Shown here piece by piece: positions 8,446-16,248 of a DNA stretch of 16,612 nucleotides. How positions within the stretch are numbered: the stretch's first letter is position 1; every line of letters begins with the position of its first letter. The DNA is from an uncultured bacterium (GTDB taxonomy: Bacteria; Hydrothermota; UBA3073; NMUJ01): positions 1-16,612 of the forward strand of contig CBFDTI010000028.1 of NCBI GenBank assembly GCA_965612795.1. Direction: 5' to 3'. The notes beneath the pieces are model-generated. The model saw only the letters and a program-made list of their open reading frames with translations. It had not been told where the DNA came from and ran no database searches. The position numbers were made by a program, and so were the translations under genes.

Positions 8446-8538
8446 TTAGACGATGGGGCCCCAACCATCCCACCAACAGTGGCAAACTTTCCTTTTAGCA
8501 CCCAACCTGTTGGGGTTAAAGGGTGGCCAAAATCTCAT
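8446..8538 (-). CDS. Candidate 30-aa leader peptide MRFWPPFNPNRLGAKRKVCHCWWDGWGPIV
   Basis: ATG 8538 lies 11 nt downstream of a predicted -10 element; stop TAA 8448-8446; no Shine-Dalgarno; below the ORF-track cutoff. Translation is unproven. Confidence 0.3.
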   Translation of the reverse strand: MRFWPPFNPNRLGAKRKVCHCWWDGWGPIV

Positions 8539-8549
8539 CTTCGTAAATT

Positions 8550-8576
8550 AAAATAGTCTTATGCTAAAGATGTCAA
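8550..8576 (-). promoter_or_regulatory. Putative promoter of the permease-thioredoxin operon
   Basis: TTGACA (8576-8571), 15-bp spacer, TATTTT (8555-8550); implies a leader of about 150 nt. Confidence 0.6.
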
Positions 8577-8598
8577 CCTTTTATATAGTGATTCGCCT

Positions 8599-8946
8599 CT
8601 ATAATCTACGCATACACTGGCAAAAGCCGTGATAGTTGGCACATATGCCACCCATTATCGAGAACATCCCCCAAAACAGTGGCCGTGTCAAAATATGTGA
8701 CAGTATAGGTTTACAATAAGGGAGCAAATATATCCCCCATGTGATAAGAAAACATCCTACTACGATACAGGTGTGCCCAAATACGATTAGTGCAACTCGG
8801 TTACCAGACCAGCCCACGTAACAGAGTGCCAATCCAACAACTAATGGTACCACACCCCCTACGCTGTTACCTCTTACGATGGTTATCACGCCAAGTACTA
8901 TAAGCAGTACCCCAACAACCAAGCCTATCACGCTACGGGGGTTCAT
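8599..8946 (-). CDS. Hypothetical membrane protein, about 4 TM helices, Cys/His-rich C-terminus
   Basis: 115 aa, strong AAAGGAGG RBS, hydrophobic segments, GHTC and terminal GGICANYHGFCQC. Confidence 0.8.
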   Translation of the reverse strand: MNPRSVIGLVVGVLLIVLGVITIVRGNSVGGVVPLVVGLALCYVGWSGNRVALIVFGHTCIVVGCFLITWGIYLLPYCKPILSHILTRPLFWGMFSIMGGICANYHGFCQCMRRL

Positions 8947-9048
8947 TATCCCTCCTTTATATTTGAAGATTAATCTATCTAACCATTAAACAAGTATTAA
9001 ACCGCAACGACAGTGATACCTACATGCTTATCTTAAAGGTATATCTTA

Positions 9049-9075
9049 TTGACAACTGTGTTATTTTGGTATATT
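9049..9075 (+). promoter_or_regulatory. Putative secA promoter
   Basis: TTGACA (9049-9054), 15-bp spacer ending in TGG, TATATT (9070-9075); ATG follows 7 nt later. Confidence 0.6.
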
Positions 9076-9082
9076 TATTCAG

Positions 9083-12022
9083 ATGGCAAATATATTGCGT
9101 AAAATACTACCTACAGCTAACGAACGTACACTACGTAAACTATGGCCTATCGTTGAAGAGGTTAACAGAGAATTTGAGAAACTGAAATCCCTAACCGACG
9201 ACCAACTACGCAAAAAGACTGAAGAGTTCCGTACCCGCTACAAAGAAGGTGAATCACTCGACGACCTTATGGTCGAGGCGTATGCGGTTGTAAAGGAAGC
9301 GGCACGTCGGCTTGTGGGCAAGAAATGGCAAGTAACAGGTCAGATGTGGGAATGGAACATGGTACACTATGATGTACAGATATTGGGTGCTATTGTGCTA
9401 CATCAGGGTAAAATAGCGGAGATGGCAACCGGTGAGGGTAAGACGCTTGTCGCTACCATGCCGTTATATTTGAATGCACTTACTGGACGCAATGTACATC
9501 TGGTTACGGTTAACGACTATCTTGCACGTCGTGATGCCCAGTGGATGGGTGGACTCTATGAATTTCTTGGTGTAACCGTTGGCTGTATACAGAGTGGTAT
9601 GTCTCACGAGGAGCGCAAAAAGCAGTACGAATGTGATATCACATATGGTACGAACAATGAGTTTGGATTCGATTATCTACGTGATAATATGGTTTTACGT
9701 GCAGAAGATCGTGTACAACGTGGCCATTATTATGCAATAATAGACGAGATCGATAGCATACTTATAGATGAGGCACGTACTCCACTTATAATTTCGGGGC
9801 CCGTCGAACGTAGCCTTAACCGCGAATACGCACGCCTTAAACCGTTAGTCGAACGTCTATTCCGTAAACAAACGATATTGGTTAACTCAATAATTGCAGA
9901 AGCTGAACAGTTACTCAAAGAAGGTAAATACCGTGAAGCAGGTATCAAACTACTGCAGGCACAGCGTGGGGCACCCAAAAATAAGCGGTTGATGAAACTG
10001 AAGCAAGAACCCGGGATACAGCGGTTGATCGATGAAACTGAAGGTATCTTCTTGCGTGAGAAGAAGATGCACGAACTCGATGCTGACCTGTATTATTATA
10101 TCGACGAACGTGCCAATGTTGTATCGCTCACAGATAAAGGTAGATACGAACTTATGCCACAGGATCCGGACTACTTCACGGTACCAGATCTGGGCGAAAT
10201 GCTATATGCGATACAGAAAGATCACAGTTTATCACCACGTGAACGCCTGGTCAAGAAAGAGGCAGCTGAGCGTGAATTCGCCGAAAAGAGTGCACGTGTA
10301 CATGCACTTACACAATTATTACGTGCGTATGCATTGTTTGAGCGTGACGTCGAATATGTCGTACAGGATGGTAAAGTTATAATCGTGGATGAATTTACAG
10401 GTAGGTTGATGCCAGGCCGTAGATATTCAGACGGTCTACACCAAGCGATCGAAGCCAAGGAAGGGGTACGAATTCAGGAAGAGACACAGACACTTGCTAC
10501 AATTACATTACAGAACTACTTCAGGATGTACGAAAAGCTTGCTGGTATGACAGGTACCGCTGTTGATGAAGCAGCTGAATTCTGGGAACTCTACAAGCTG
10601 GAGGTTGTGGTTATACCCACTAATAAACCCGTACGTAGGGTAGTATTTCCCGACGTTGTTTACAAAACACGTCGTGAGAAGTACGAAGCCGTCATCCGCG
10701 AGATTGAAGAGCTGTATCGCCGAGGTAGACCCGTACTCGTAGGTACCACATCCGTGGAAGCTTCAGAAATACTCTCACGTATGCTCAAACGCAAAGGTAT
10801 ACCACATCAGGTGTTAAATGCTAAGCACCACGAACGTGAAGCTAATATCATTGCACAAGCTGGGCAGCGCGGTAAGGTGACAATCGCCACCAACATGGCA
10901 GGTCGTGGTACCGACATAAAGTTGGGCCCCGGTGTGGTTAAATGTAAGGAATGTTGCCTATTCTCGGATAATAACAACTGTAACGTCGATATTAACCAGT
11001 GTTATCGTGACCCACCTTGTGGTTTACATATCATAGGGACAGAGCGACACGAAGCACGCCGTATCGATCGACAGCTCGCCGGTAGGTGTGCACGTCAGGG
11101 AGACCCCGGGTCTGTGCGGTTTTATTTATCATTGGAAGATGACCTGATGCGATTGTTTGGTGCCGACCGCATAGCAGGGCTTATAGATAGGTTTGGGCCA
11201 CCCGATGGTAAGCCTATCGAAAGCAAACTCGTAACCAAAGCTATAGAATCGGCTCAGAAGAGGGTCGAACGTATGCATTTTGAGATGCGCAAAAGGTTAC
11301 TCGAATACGATAATGTTATGAACAAACAACGTGAGGTCATCTACGGTAAGCGTAACGAAATACTCGATAGGGAAGACGTCACGAACATGGTGAAAGAGAG
11401 CATAAGGAATACGATTGCAGAAATAGTTGACAAACATGTAGCGCTTGGTGAGGCATTCTCACCACAAGATCTACGTATGGAGTTACAAACCATTGTGTTA
11501 ACCGACCTACCTATAGATTGGGATTCGCTTAAATCGAAAAAGCCCGAAGAGATCGAAGAGATTGTCTTTGACGCTGTTATGTCAGAATATCGTAAGCGTG
11601 AGGAGATTATAGGTCCAGATACCATGCGGCAGCTCGAACGTCAGATCATGTTATGGACTATCGATCGTCTCTGGCGTGAGCACCTCTATGAGCTTGACGC
11701 ATTACGTGAAGGTATAGGGCTACGTAGTTACGGTGAACGCGATCCGCTGGTCGAGTACAAGCGTGAAGCGTTTCAGATGTTCCAGGAATTGCTATCGAAC
11801 ATAGACCGTACTATTACACGTAATCTGTTTGGGTTAAGGATTGCACCTCAGGTATTGCGTCAGACGAGAGAACACGAACCTAAGGAGAGACCACAGAAGA
11901 AGGAACCCACCGCTGTGAAAGCTCAAAAGGGATTTGCAACAGCTGAAGCAGAACAGCCATCCACACAACAACCGCTACGACCGGTGGTCAAAAAGAAGAA
12001 AAAGAGACGCAAACGAAGGTAG
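9083..12022 (+). CDS. secA: Preprotein translocase ATPase SecA
   Basis: IAEMATGEGKTL (Walker A), VTVNDYLARRD, GTNNEFGFDYLRDN, IDEIDSILIDEARTPLIISG, ATNMAGRGTDIKLG, GTERHEARRIDRQLAGR, DPLVEYKRE. Confidence 0.99.
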   Translation: MANILRKILPTANERTLRKLWPIVEEVNREFEKLKSLTDDQLRKKTEEFRTRYKEGESLDDLMVEAYAVVKEAARRLVGKKWQVTGQMWEWNMVHYDVQILGAIVLHQGKIAEMATGEGKTLVATMPLYLNALTGRNVHLVTVNDYLARRDAQWMGGLYEFLGVTVGCIQSGMSHEERKKQYECDITYGTNNEFGFDYLRDNMVLRAEDRVQRGHYYAIIDEIDSILIDEARTPLIISGPVERSLNREYARLKPLVERLFRKQTILVNSIIAEAEQLLKEGKYREAGIKLLQAQRGAPKNKRLMKLKQEPGIQRLIDETEGIFLREKKMHELDADLYYYIDERANVVSLTDKGRYELMPQDPDYFTVPDLGEMLYAIQKDHSLSPRERLVKKEAAEREFAEKSARVHALTQLLRAYALFERDVEYVVQDGKVIIVDEFTGRLMPGRRYSDGLHQAIEAKEGVRIQEETQTLATITLQNYFRMYEKLAGMTGTAVDEAAEFWELYKLEVVVIPTNKPVRRVVFPDVVYKTRREKYEAVIREIEELYRRGRPVLVGTTSVEASEILSRMLKRKGIPHQVLNAKHHEREANIIAQAGQRGKVTIATNMAGRGTDIKLGPGVVKCKECCLFSDNNNCNVDINQCYRDPPCGLHIIGTERHEARRIDRQLAGRCARQGDPGSVRFYLSLEDDLMRLFGADRIAGLIDRFGPPDGKPIESKLVTKAIESAQKRVERMHFEMRKRLLEYDNVMNKQREVIYGKRNEILDREDVTNMVKESIRNTIAEIVDKHVALGEAFSPQDLRMELQTIVLTDLPIDWDSLKSKKPEEIEEIVFDAVMSEYRKREEIIGPDTMRQLERQIMLWTIDRLWREHLYELDALREGIGLRSYGERDPLVEYKREAFQMFQELLSNIDRTITRNLFGLRIAPQVLRQTREHEPKERPQKKEPTAVKAQKGFATAEAEQPSTQQPLRPVVKKKKKRRKRR

Positions 12023-12049
12023 TTGACTTTATGCAAAGTTCACTATTTT
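12023..12049 (+). promoter_or_regulatory. Putative promoter for the lipoprotein-LysM-phoH-ybeY-CNNM cluster
   Basis: TTGACT (12023-12028), 15-bp spacer, TATTTT (12044-12049), immediately after the secA stop. Confidence 0.55.
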
Positions 12050-12077
12050 ATAAAGAGGTGAACATGAAGAGGTAAAA

Positions 12078-12332
12078 ATGGCACGTTGGTTGTTTTTTTA
12101 TGTGAGTAGTGTAATATTAGGGAGCTGGATACTCACGGGGTGTACCCAAAAGTGGGCATCACCTACAACGCTTAAGGAGCTGGAGCAGGTTAAACAAGCT
12201 GCACTGGCAGCTGAAGCTAAGGCAGCTGAACTTGAAGAGACACGTAAATATCTTGAACAGGAGCGTGACACTAAACGTGCACGTGTGGAGGCACTTCGAA
12301 AGCAGATAGAAAAGTTAGGAGGCAAGCCATGA
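12078..12332 (+). CDS. Small coiled-coil lipoprotein
   Basis: Signal peptide with lipobox LTG-C (Cys22); mature part is Ala/Glu/Lys-rich heptad helix; GAGGT RBS; stop overlaps the next start. Confidence 0.8.
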   Translation: MARWLFFYVSSVILGSWILTGCTQKWASPTTLKELEQVKQAALAAEAKAAELEETRKYLEQERDTKRARVEALRKQIEKLGGKP

Positions 12333-12748
12333 TGAGGGTGGGATCGATCATGTTGGGCTTATTGCTGGTCTGTAGCGTACTCTATTCGGAAGAGCGGCTT
12401 ACTGAGGAAAAGGCACGTACGTTAATTGAGGAATATAAAGCACGCGAACATGCAGCAAAAGAAAAAATAGCGATAGAGATGGCAAAGATTGAACAACTCC
12501 GTAAGGAGATAGCGGCACTCGATGCGGAGATATTGAAGTTAGAAGCCAAGCTTAAGGAGTTACAAGCCAAGAAAGTGCCTAAATTCAAAATTTATAAGGT
12601 CAAAAAGGGTGACACCCTGTGGGGGATAGCAAGGCGCTTTTATGGTGCAGGTGTGCGGTGGCGTGACATATATGAAGCAAATAAAGAGTTGATAAAGGAT
12701 CCACACCATATTTTGCCAGGATGGGAGTTGAAAATACCTCTCCCCTAA
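12329..12748 (+). CDS. Secreted coiled-coil protein with C-terminal LysM peptidoglycan-binding domain
   Basis: N-terminal signal peptide, coiled coil ([25 protein letters not shown]), Lys[52 protein letters not shown]. Confidence 0.9.
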   Translation: MMRVGSIMLGLLLVCSVLYSEERLTEEKARTLIEEYKAREHAAKEKIAIEMAKIEQLRKEIAALDAEILKLEAKLKELQAKKVPKFKIYKVKKGDTLWGIARRFYGAGVRWRDIYEANKELIKDPHHILPGWELKIPLP

Positions 12749-12754
12749 TAAACT

Positions 12755-13684
12755 ATGGAACTACGTACAAAGATACCGTTGAAAGGTGCTGACCTGTTGA
12801 AGTTGACGGGTGAAACTGATACCATATTGAAGTTATTACGGGATCGCTATGGTGTAAAGATCATCATAAGAGGGGATGAGCTCACACTTATAGGCAGTGA
12901 CGAGAGTAAACTTAACGAGGTACGTGGCTATCTGGAGTTTCTCATACATCAAATACGTAAGGGTAAGACCATACGCGAGGAGGATGTGTTAGTACCAGCT
13001 GCTGACGAGAAAAAGGTGATCCCCACTCCCAGAGGTATAGTACGCCCACAGAGTCCGGGGCAGGAGAAATATATAGAGGCGCTCAACACATACGATGTGG
13101 TAGTAGCCATAGGGCCCGCAGGTACTGGTAAAACCTTTCTCGCTGTCTGTAAAGCTGTGTGTGAACTTATGCGTGACAATGTAAAACGTATTATACTGAC
13201 ACGGCCGGCGGTTGAAGCAGGTGAAAGTCTGGGTTATTTGCCAGGCGATTTTCGTGAAAAGATAGATCCCTACCTGGGGCCACTTTACGATGCTTTATAT
13301 GAGATATTCCCTACACATAGGGTGCGTGCACTTATGGATGAACGTAAAATCGAAATACTACCGCTCGCATATATGCGAGGTAGAAATCTAAACAATGCAT
13401 ATATACTTGTGGATGAGGCACAAAATACCACAAGAATGCAAATGAAGATGGTGCTCACGAGGATGGGACCCAATTCACGTATTGCGATAACGGGTGATAT
13501 TACACAGATAGATTTGGCTAACAAAAAAGATTCAGGGTTGCTGGAAATACAGAAAGTGCTAAGAGGTGTACCAGGAATAGAGTTTGTATATCTGACTGAA
13601 GATGATTGCGTACGTCATCCACTCGTCAAGCAAATTATCGTTGCTTACGAGAATTACGAGAAGACACGTAAGACAAGCAAATAG
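12755..13684 (+). CDS. phoH: PhoH family ATPase (YbeZ-like)
   Basis: GPAGTGKTFLA, LTRPAVEAGESLGYLPGD, PLAYMRGR, DEAQN, TGDITQIDL, RHPLVKQI; followed by ybeY as is usual. Confidence 0.95.
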   Translation: MELRTKIPLKGADLLKLTGETDTILKLLRDRYGVKIIIRGDELTLIGSDESKLNEVRGYLEFLIHQIRKGKTIREEDVLVPAADEKKVIPTPRGIVRPQSPGQEKYIEALNTYDVVVAIGPAGTGKTFLAVCKAVCELMRDNVKRIILTRPAVEAGESLGYLPGDFREKIDPYLGPLYDALYEIFPTHRVRALMDERKIEILPLAYMRGRNLNNAYILVDEAQNTTRMQMKMVLTRMGPNSRIAITGDITQIDLANKKDSGLLEIQKVLRGVPGIEFVYLTEDDCVRHPLVKQIIVAYENYEKTRKTSK

Positions 13685-13700
13685 ATTTGAACCCACCTTA

Positions 13701-14132
13701 ATGGTTAAGGTTGAACTACATAATCCCACTCAATACCATTTAGATAATACAGAGATAGAACGCTTATTACAGGAGATAGCTAAGTGTGAAGGTTGGTCAG
13801 CCCCACTCGTAGTGAGTATAGCGTTGGTCGACAATGACAGGATCAAAGAGCTCAACCTATCCTATCTGGGACGTGATCACCCTACGGACGTCATAGCGTT
13901 CCACCTACCACCTGTGGGTGATGAACCGCATCTCGCCGATATCTACATTTCGTGGGAAGAAGCTGCCACCTATGCAGCAGACCACAAAACAGCCATAAAA
14001 GAAGAAATAATGCGGTTAATAATACATGGGTTCCTACATGTGCTCGGTTACGACGATACTACACCCGCAAACCGTGCTCGCATGTTGGACAAGGGTGAGC
14101 GTTACCTTCGTATGTGGAGGGCATGTACATAG
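13701..14132 (+). CDS. ybeY: rRNA maturation endoribonuclease YbeY
   Basis: IKELNLSYLGRDHPTDVIAF, ADIYIS, IHGFLHVLGYDD. ATG 13701 chosen because the track start (13602) overlaps phoH by 83 nt. Confidence 0.92.
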   Translation: MVKVELHNPTQYHLDNTEIERLLQEIAKCEGWSAPLVVSIALVDNDRIKELNLSYLGRDHPTDVIAFHLPPVGDEPHLADIYISWEEAATYAADHKTAIKEEIMRLIIHGFLHVLGYDDTTPANRARMLDKGERYLRMWRACT

Positions 14133-15070
14133 GGTTGGTTATCCTAAAAATACTGGGGTTCGTTGTATTGATTGCATTGTCAGCAACCTTTTCAGGTTCG
14201 GAGACTGCACTTTTTTACCTATCACCTGTGAAACTCGAATTACTTGCACAGAAAGGTAGATGGTTCAGTAAGCTCACCAAACGTGAACGTTTTCTTCCTA
14301 CGATACTCTTTGGTAACACGCTCGTAAATGCGGGTGCATCCCTACTATTTGTATCGATACTGGAGGATTTCTTACGTACACCGCTGTCAGAAGAGGTGTT
14401 CCTATCTACTGCAATATTGACATTTATAATATTGACGTTTGGTGAGTTTTTGCCTAAACTTTTTGCCACCGTAAAAGCATACTCAATAGTTACACATACC
14501 GCGTTACCATTGAATATATTATACTTTGCTTTCCTGCCATTTACAGTGTTGCTGTTGCCATTGTTCCGAGTGTTACAAAAGCCTTACAAGGTGCCAAGCT
14601 ACCATGAGTTACTGTGGGTAATAGAGAATAGCTTCAAACAGGGATACCTAACATCGTTTGAGGCACATTTCACGCGTGGGTTGATAGATTTCCATAATAA
14701 TACCGTTGATACGATAATGACACCTCGTGAAAAGATATTTGCACTCCCTGGTGACACCAGGATAGAAGCTATACGTAACAACAAGCTTAAGTATTCTCGT
14801 ATTCCTGTGTACGACAAGAATATCGATGATATTGTAGGGATACTCTATCTGAAGGATTTATTCACGTATGAAGGCGACCCCCATGCACCTATACGGGTGC
14901 TCGTACGTGATGCACTCTTTGTATCGAGTAACTCGCAAATCAGCCAGGTATGGAACCTGTTCAAACTCAAACACATACATATGGCCATAGTGCGTGATGG
15001 CAAGAAAGTGGTAGGCCTGGTAACATTAGACGATATTTTACGTACGTTGTTCACATGGCAACCTGGTTAA
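14123..15070 (+). CDS. CNNM/CorB (DUF21 + CBS pair) protein, lacking CorC_HlyC domain
   Basis: SATFSGSETALF, TILFGNTLVN, FGEFLPK, IMTPR, YSRIPVY, GLVTLDDIL. Start is ATG 14123 or GTG 14114. Confidence 0.88.
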   Translation: MYIGLVILKILGFVVLIALSATFSGSETALFYLSPVKLELLAQKGRWFSKLTKRERFLPTILFGNTLVNAGASLLFVSILEDFLRTPLSEEVFLSTAILTFIILTFGEFLPKLFATVKAYSIVTHTALPLNILYFAFLPFTVLLLPLFRVLQKPYKVPSYHELLWVIENSFKQGYLTSFEAHFTRGLIDFHNNTVDTIMTPREKIFALPGDTRIEAIRNNKLKYSRIPVYDKNIDDIVGILYLKDLFTYEGDPHAPIRVLVRDALFVSSNSQISQVWNLFKLKHIHMAIVRDGKKVVGLVTLDDILRTLFTWQPG

Positions 15071-16248
15071 TCGTACTTTATGCTATATGCGCATTCTTTA
15101 CCGCAAGTGAGATAATATTTACGTCCGCCGACCGTATACGGCTTTATGCGAACCGTAAAAGTAAGCGATTAACTTCCGCATGGCAATTCGTAAGCGAACC
15201 ATATAGGTTTCTTGGCACTGTACTTATAGGTACGGATGCAACCCACATAGCGATCGCTATACTGTGGGGTAAGGTATTCGAAAATTACACGCTTAGTGGT
15301 ATTATCGCCACGATTGTGGCTACATTTACGTTACTGGTGTTTGGTGATCTGCTACCTAAGATAATCGCACATCCATTTGCTACACGGTTAGCACCTTATT
15401 TTGCAGTAATTCATAGGCTGCTATATTTTGTATTCTACCCACTTATACAATTTGAGTATTGGTTAGCACAAAAGTTAGGGTTATACGCTAAACGTCCTGG
15501 GTATGAAACACGTGAAGATCTGTTCTTGGTGATACAGCGGTTGCTTACAAACCCAGAGGCAAGGTTCCTCGAGAAGATTGTCAAACTACGTGAGAAGTGT
15601 GCGAAGGATATCATGATACCACGCCATAGGATAGTAGCTATACCTGTCACAGCAACTATCGATGAAGTCATCCAAAAGGTGCGAGAGACTGGTCATTACC
15701 GTTATCCAGTATATGACGAACAGCTCGATAATATCGTGGGAGTGTTGAGGATACGTAAGCTGTTTGGCTCGAATAAGTCCATAAGATCGGTGCTCGACGA
15801 CCCGCTGTTCCTACCTGATATTATAACAGTTTGGGAACTATGGAGTAAGATGGAAGAGAAAGGTGAAGATCTGGCCATCCTTATCGATGAATACGGAGGT
15901 GTATCCGGTATTGTGACTGTGGAAGATATCGTTGAAGAGCTGGTTGGTGAGATACAAGATGAATTCGATTATTGGTCGTGGGAGACCGAAATAGAAGAGT
16001 TACAACCAGGTACGTATAGGTTGCCGGCTGATATGAGGCTTACAGAGGTGGAAGATAAGCTTGGGATAAAGTTTCCACGTGAAGTGACAGAGTTCGAAAC
16101 TCTATATGGTATAATATCACATTACCTGGGTACGTCGCCAGCTGCGGGATCGAAGGTCAACCTCAACGGTATAACGTTAGAGGTTGGTAGAGGTATAAAG
16201 CGACCGTTTAACGTTATTTTACGTGTGGAACAGGTAAAGGAGGAGTGA
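15055..16248 (+). CDS. CNNM/CorB hemolysin-family protein (DUF21 + CBS pair + CorC_HlyC)
   Basis: AFFTASEIIF, FGDLLPK, DIMIPR, RYPVY, IDEYGGVSGIVTVEDIVEELVGEIQDEFD, C-terminal transporter-associated domain (FETLYGII). Confidence 0.92.
   Translation: MATWLIVLYAICAFFTASEIIFTSADRIRLYANRKSKRLTSAWQFVSEPYRFLGTVLIGTDATHIAIAILWGKVFENYTLSGIIATIVATFTLLVFGDLLPKIIAHPFATRLAPYFAVIHRLLYFVFYPLIQFEYWLAQKLGLYAKRPGYETREDLFLVIQRLLTNPEARFLEKIVKLREKCAKDIMIPRHRIVAIPVTATIDEVIQKVRETGHYRYPVYDEQLDNIVGVLRIRKLFGSNKSIRSVLDDPLFLPDIITVWELWSKMEEKGEDLAILIDEYGGVSGIVTVEDIVEELVGEIQDEFDYWSWETEIEELQPGTYRLPADMRLTEVEDKLGIKFPREVTEFETLYGIISHYLGTSPAAGSKVNLNGITLEVGRGIKRPFNVILRVEQVKEE

Noticed and set aside
8465..8503. Cobalamin or SAM-I riboswitch (GGUGCUAAAAGGAAA...GCCACUG...GGGAUGG)
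   Set aside because: Short matches only; the cobalamin core and B12 box, and the SAM-I AUC/GAU P1 and GCAACC elements, are not evident. An Rfam scan would settle it.
8446..8538. uORF peptide as a RiPP precursor for the B12 radical SAM enzyme
   Set aside because: Separated by two genes and a tRNA, with a separate promoter and apparently different origin; no RRE, SPASM domain, protease or exporter.
9820..10300. Long helical insertion in the SecA preprotein cross-linking region as a novelty or intein
   Set aside because: It resembles the insert I recall from Bacteroidota/Chlorobi-type SecA and has no intein terminal motifs.
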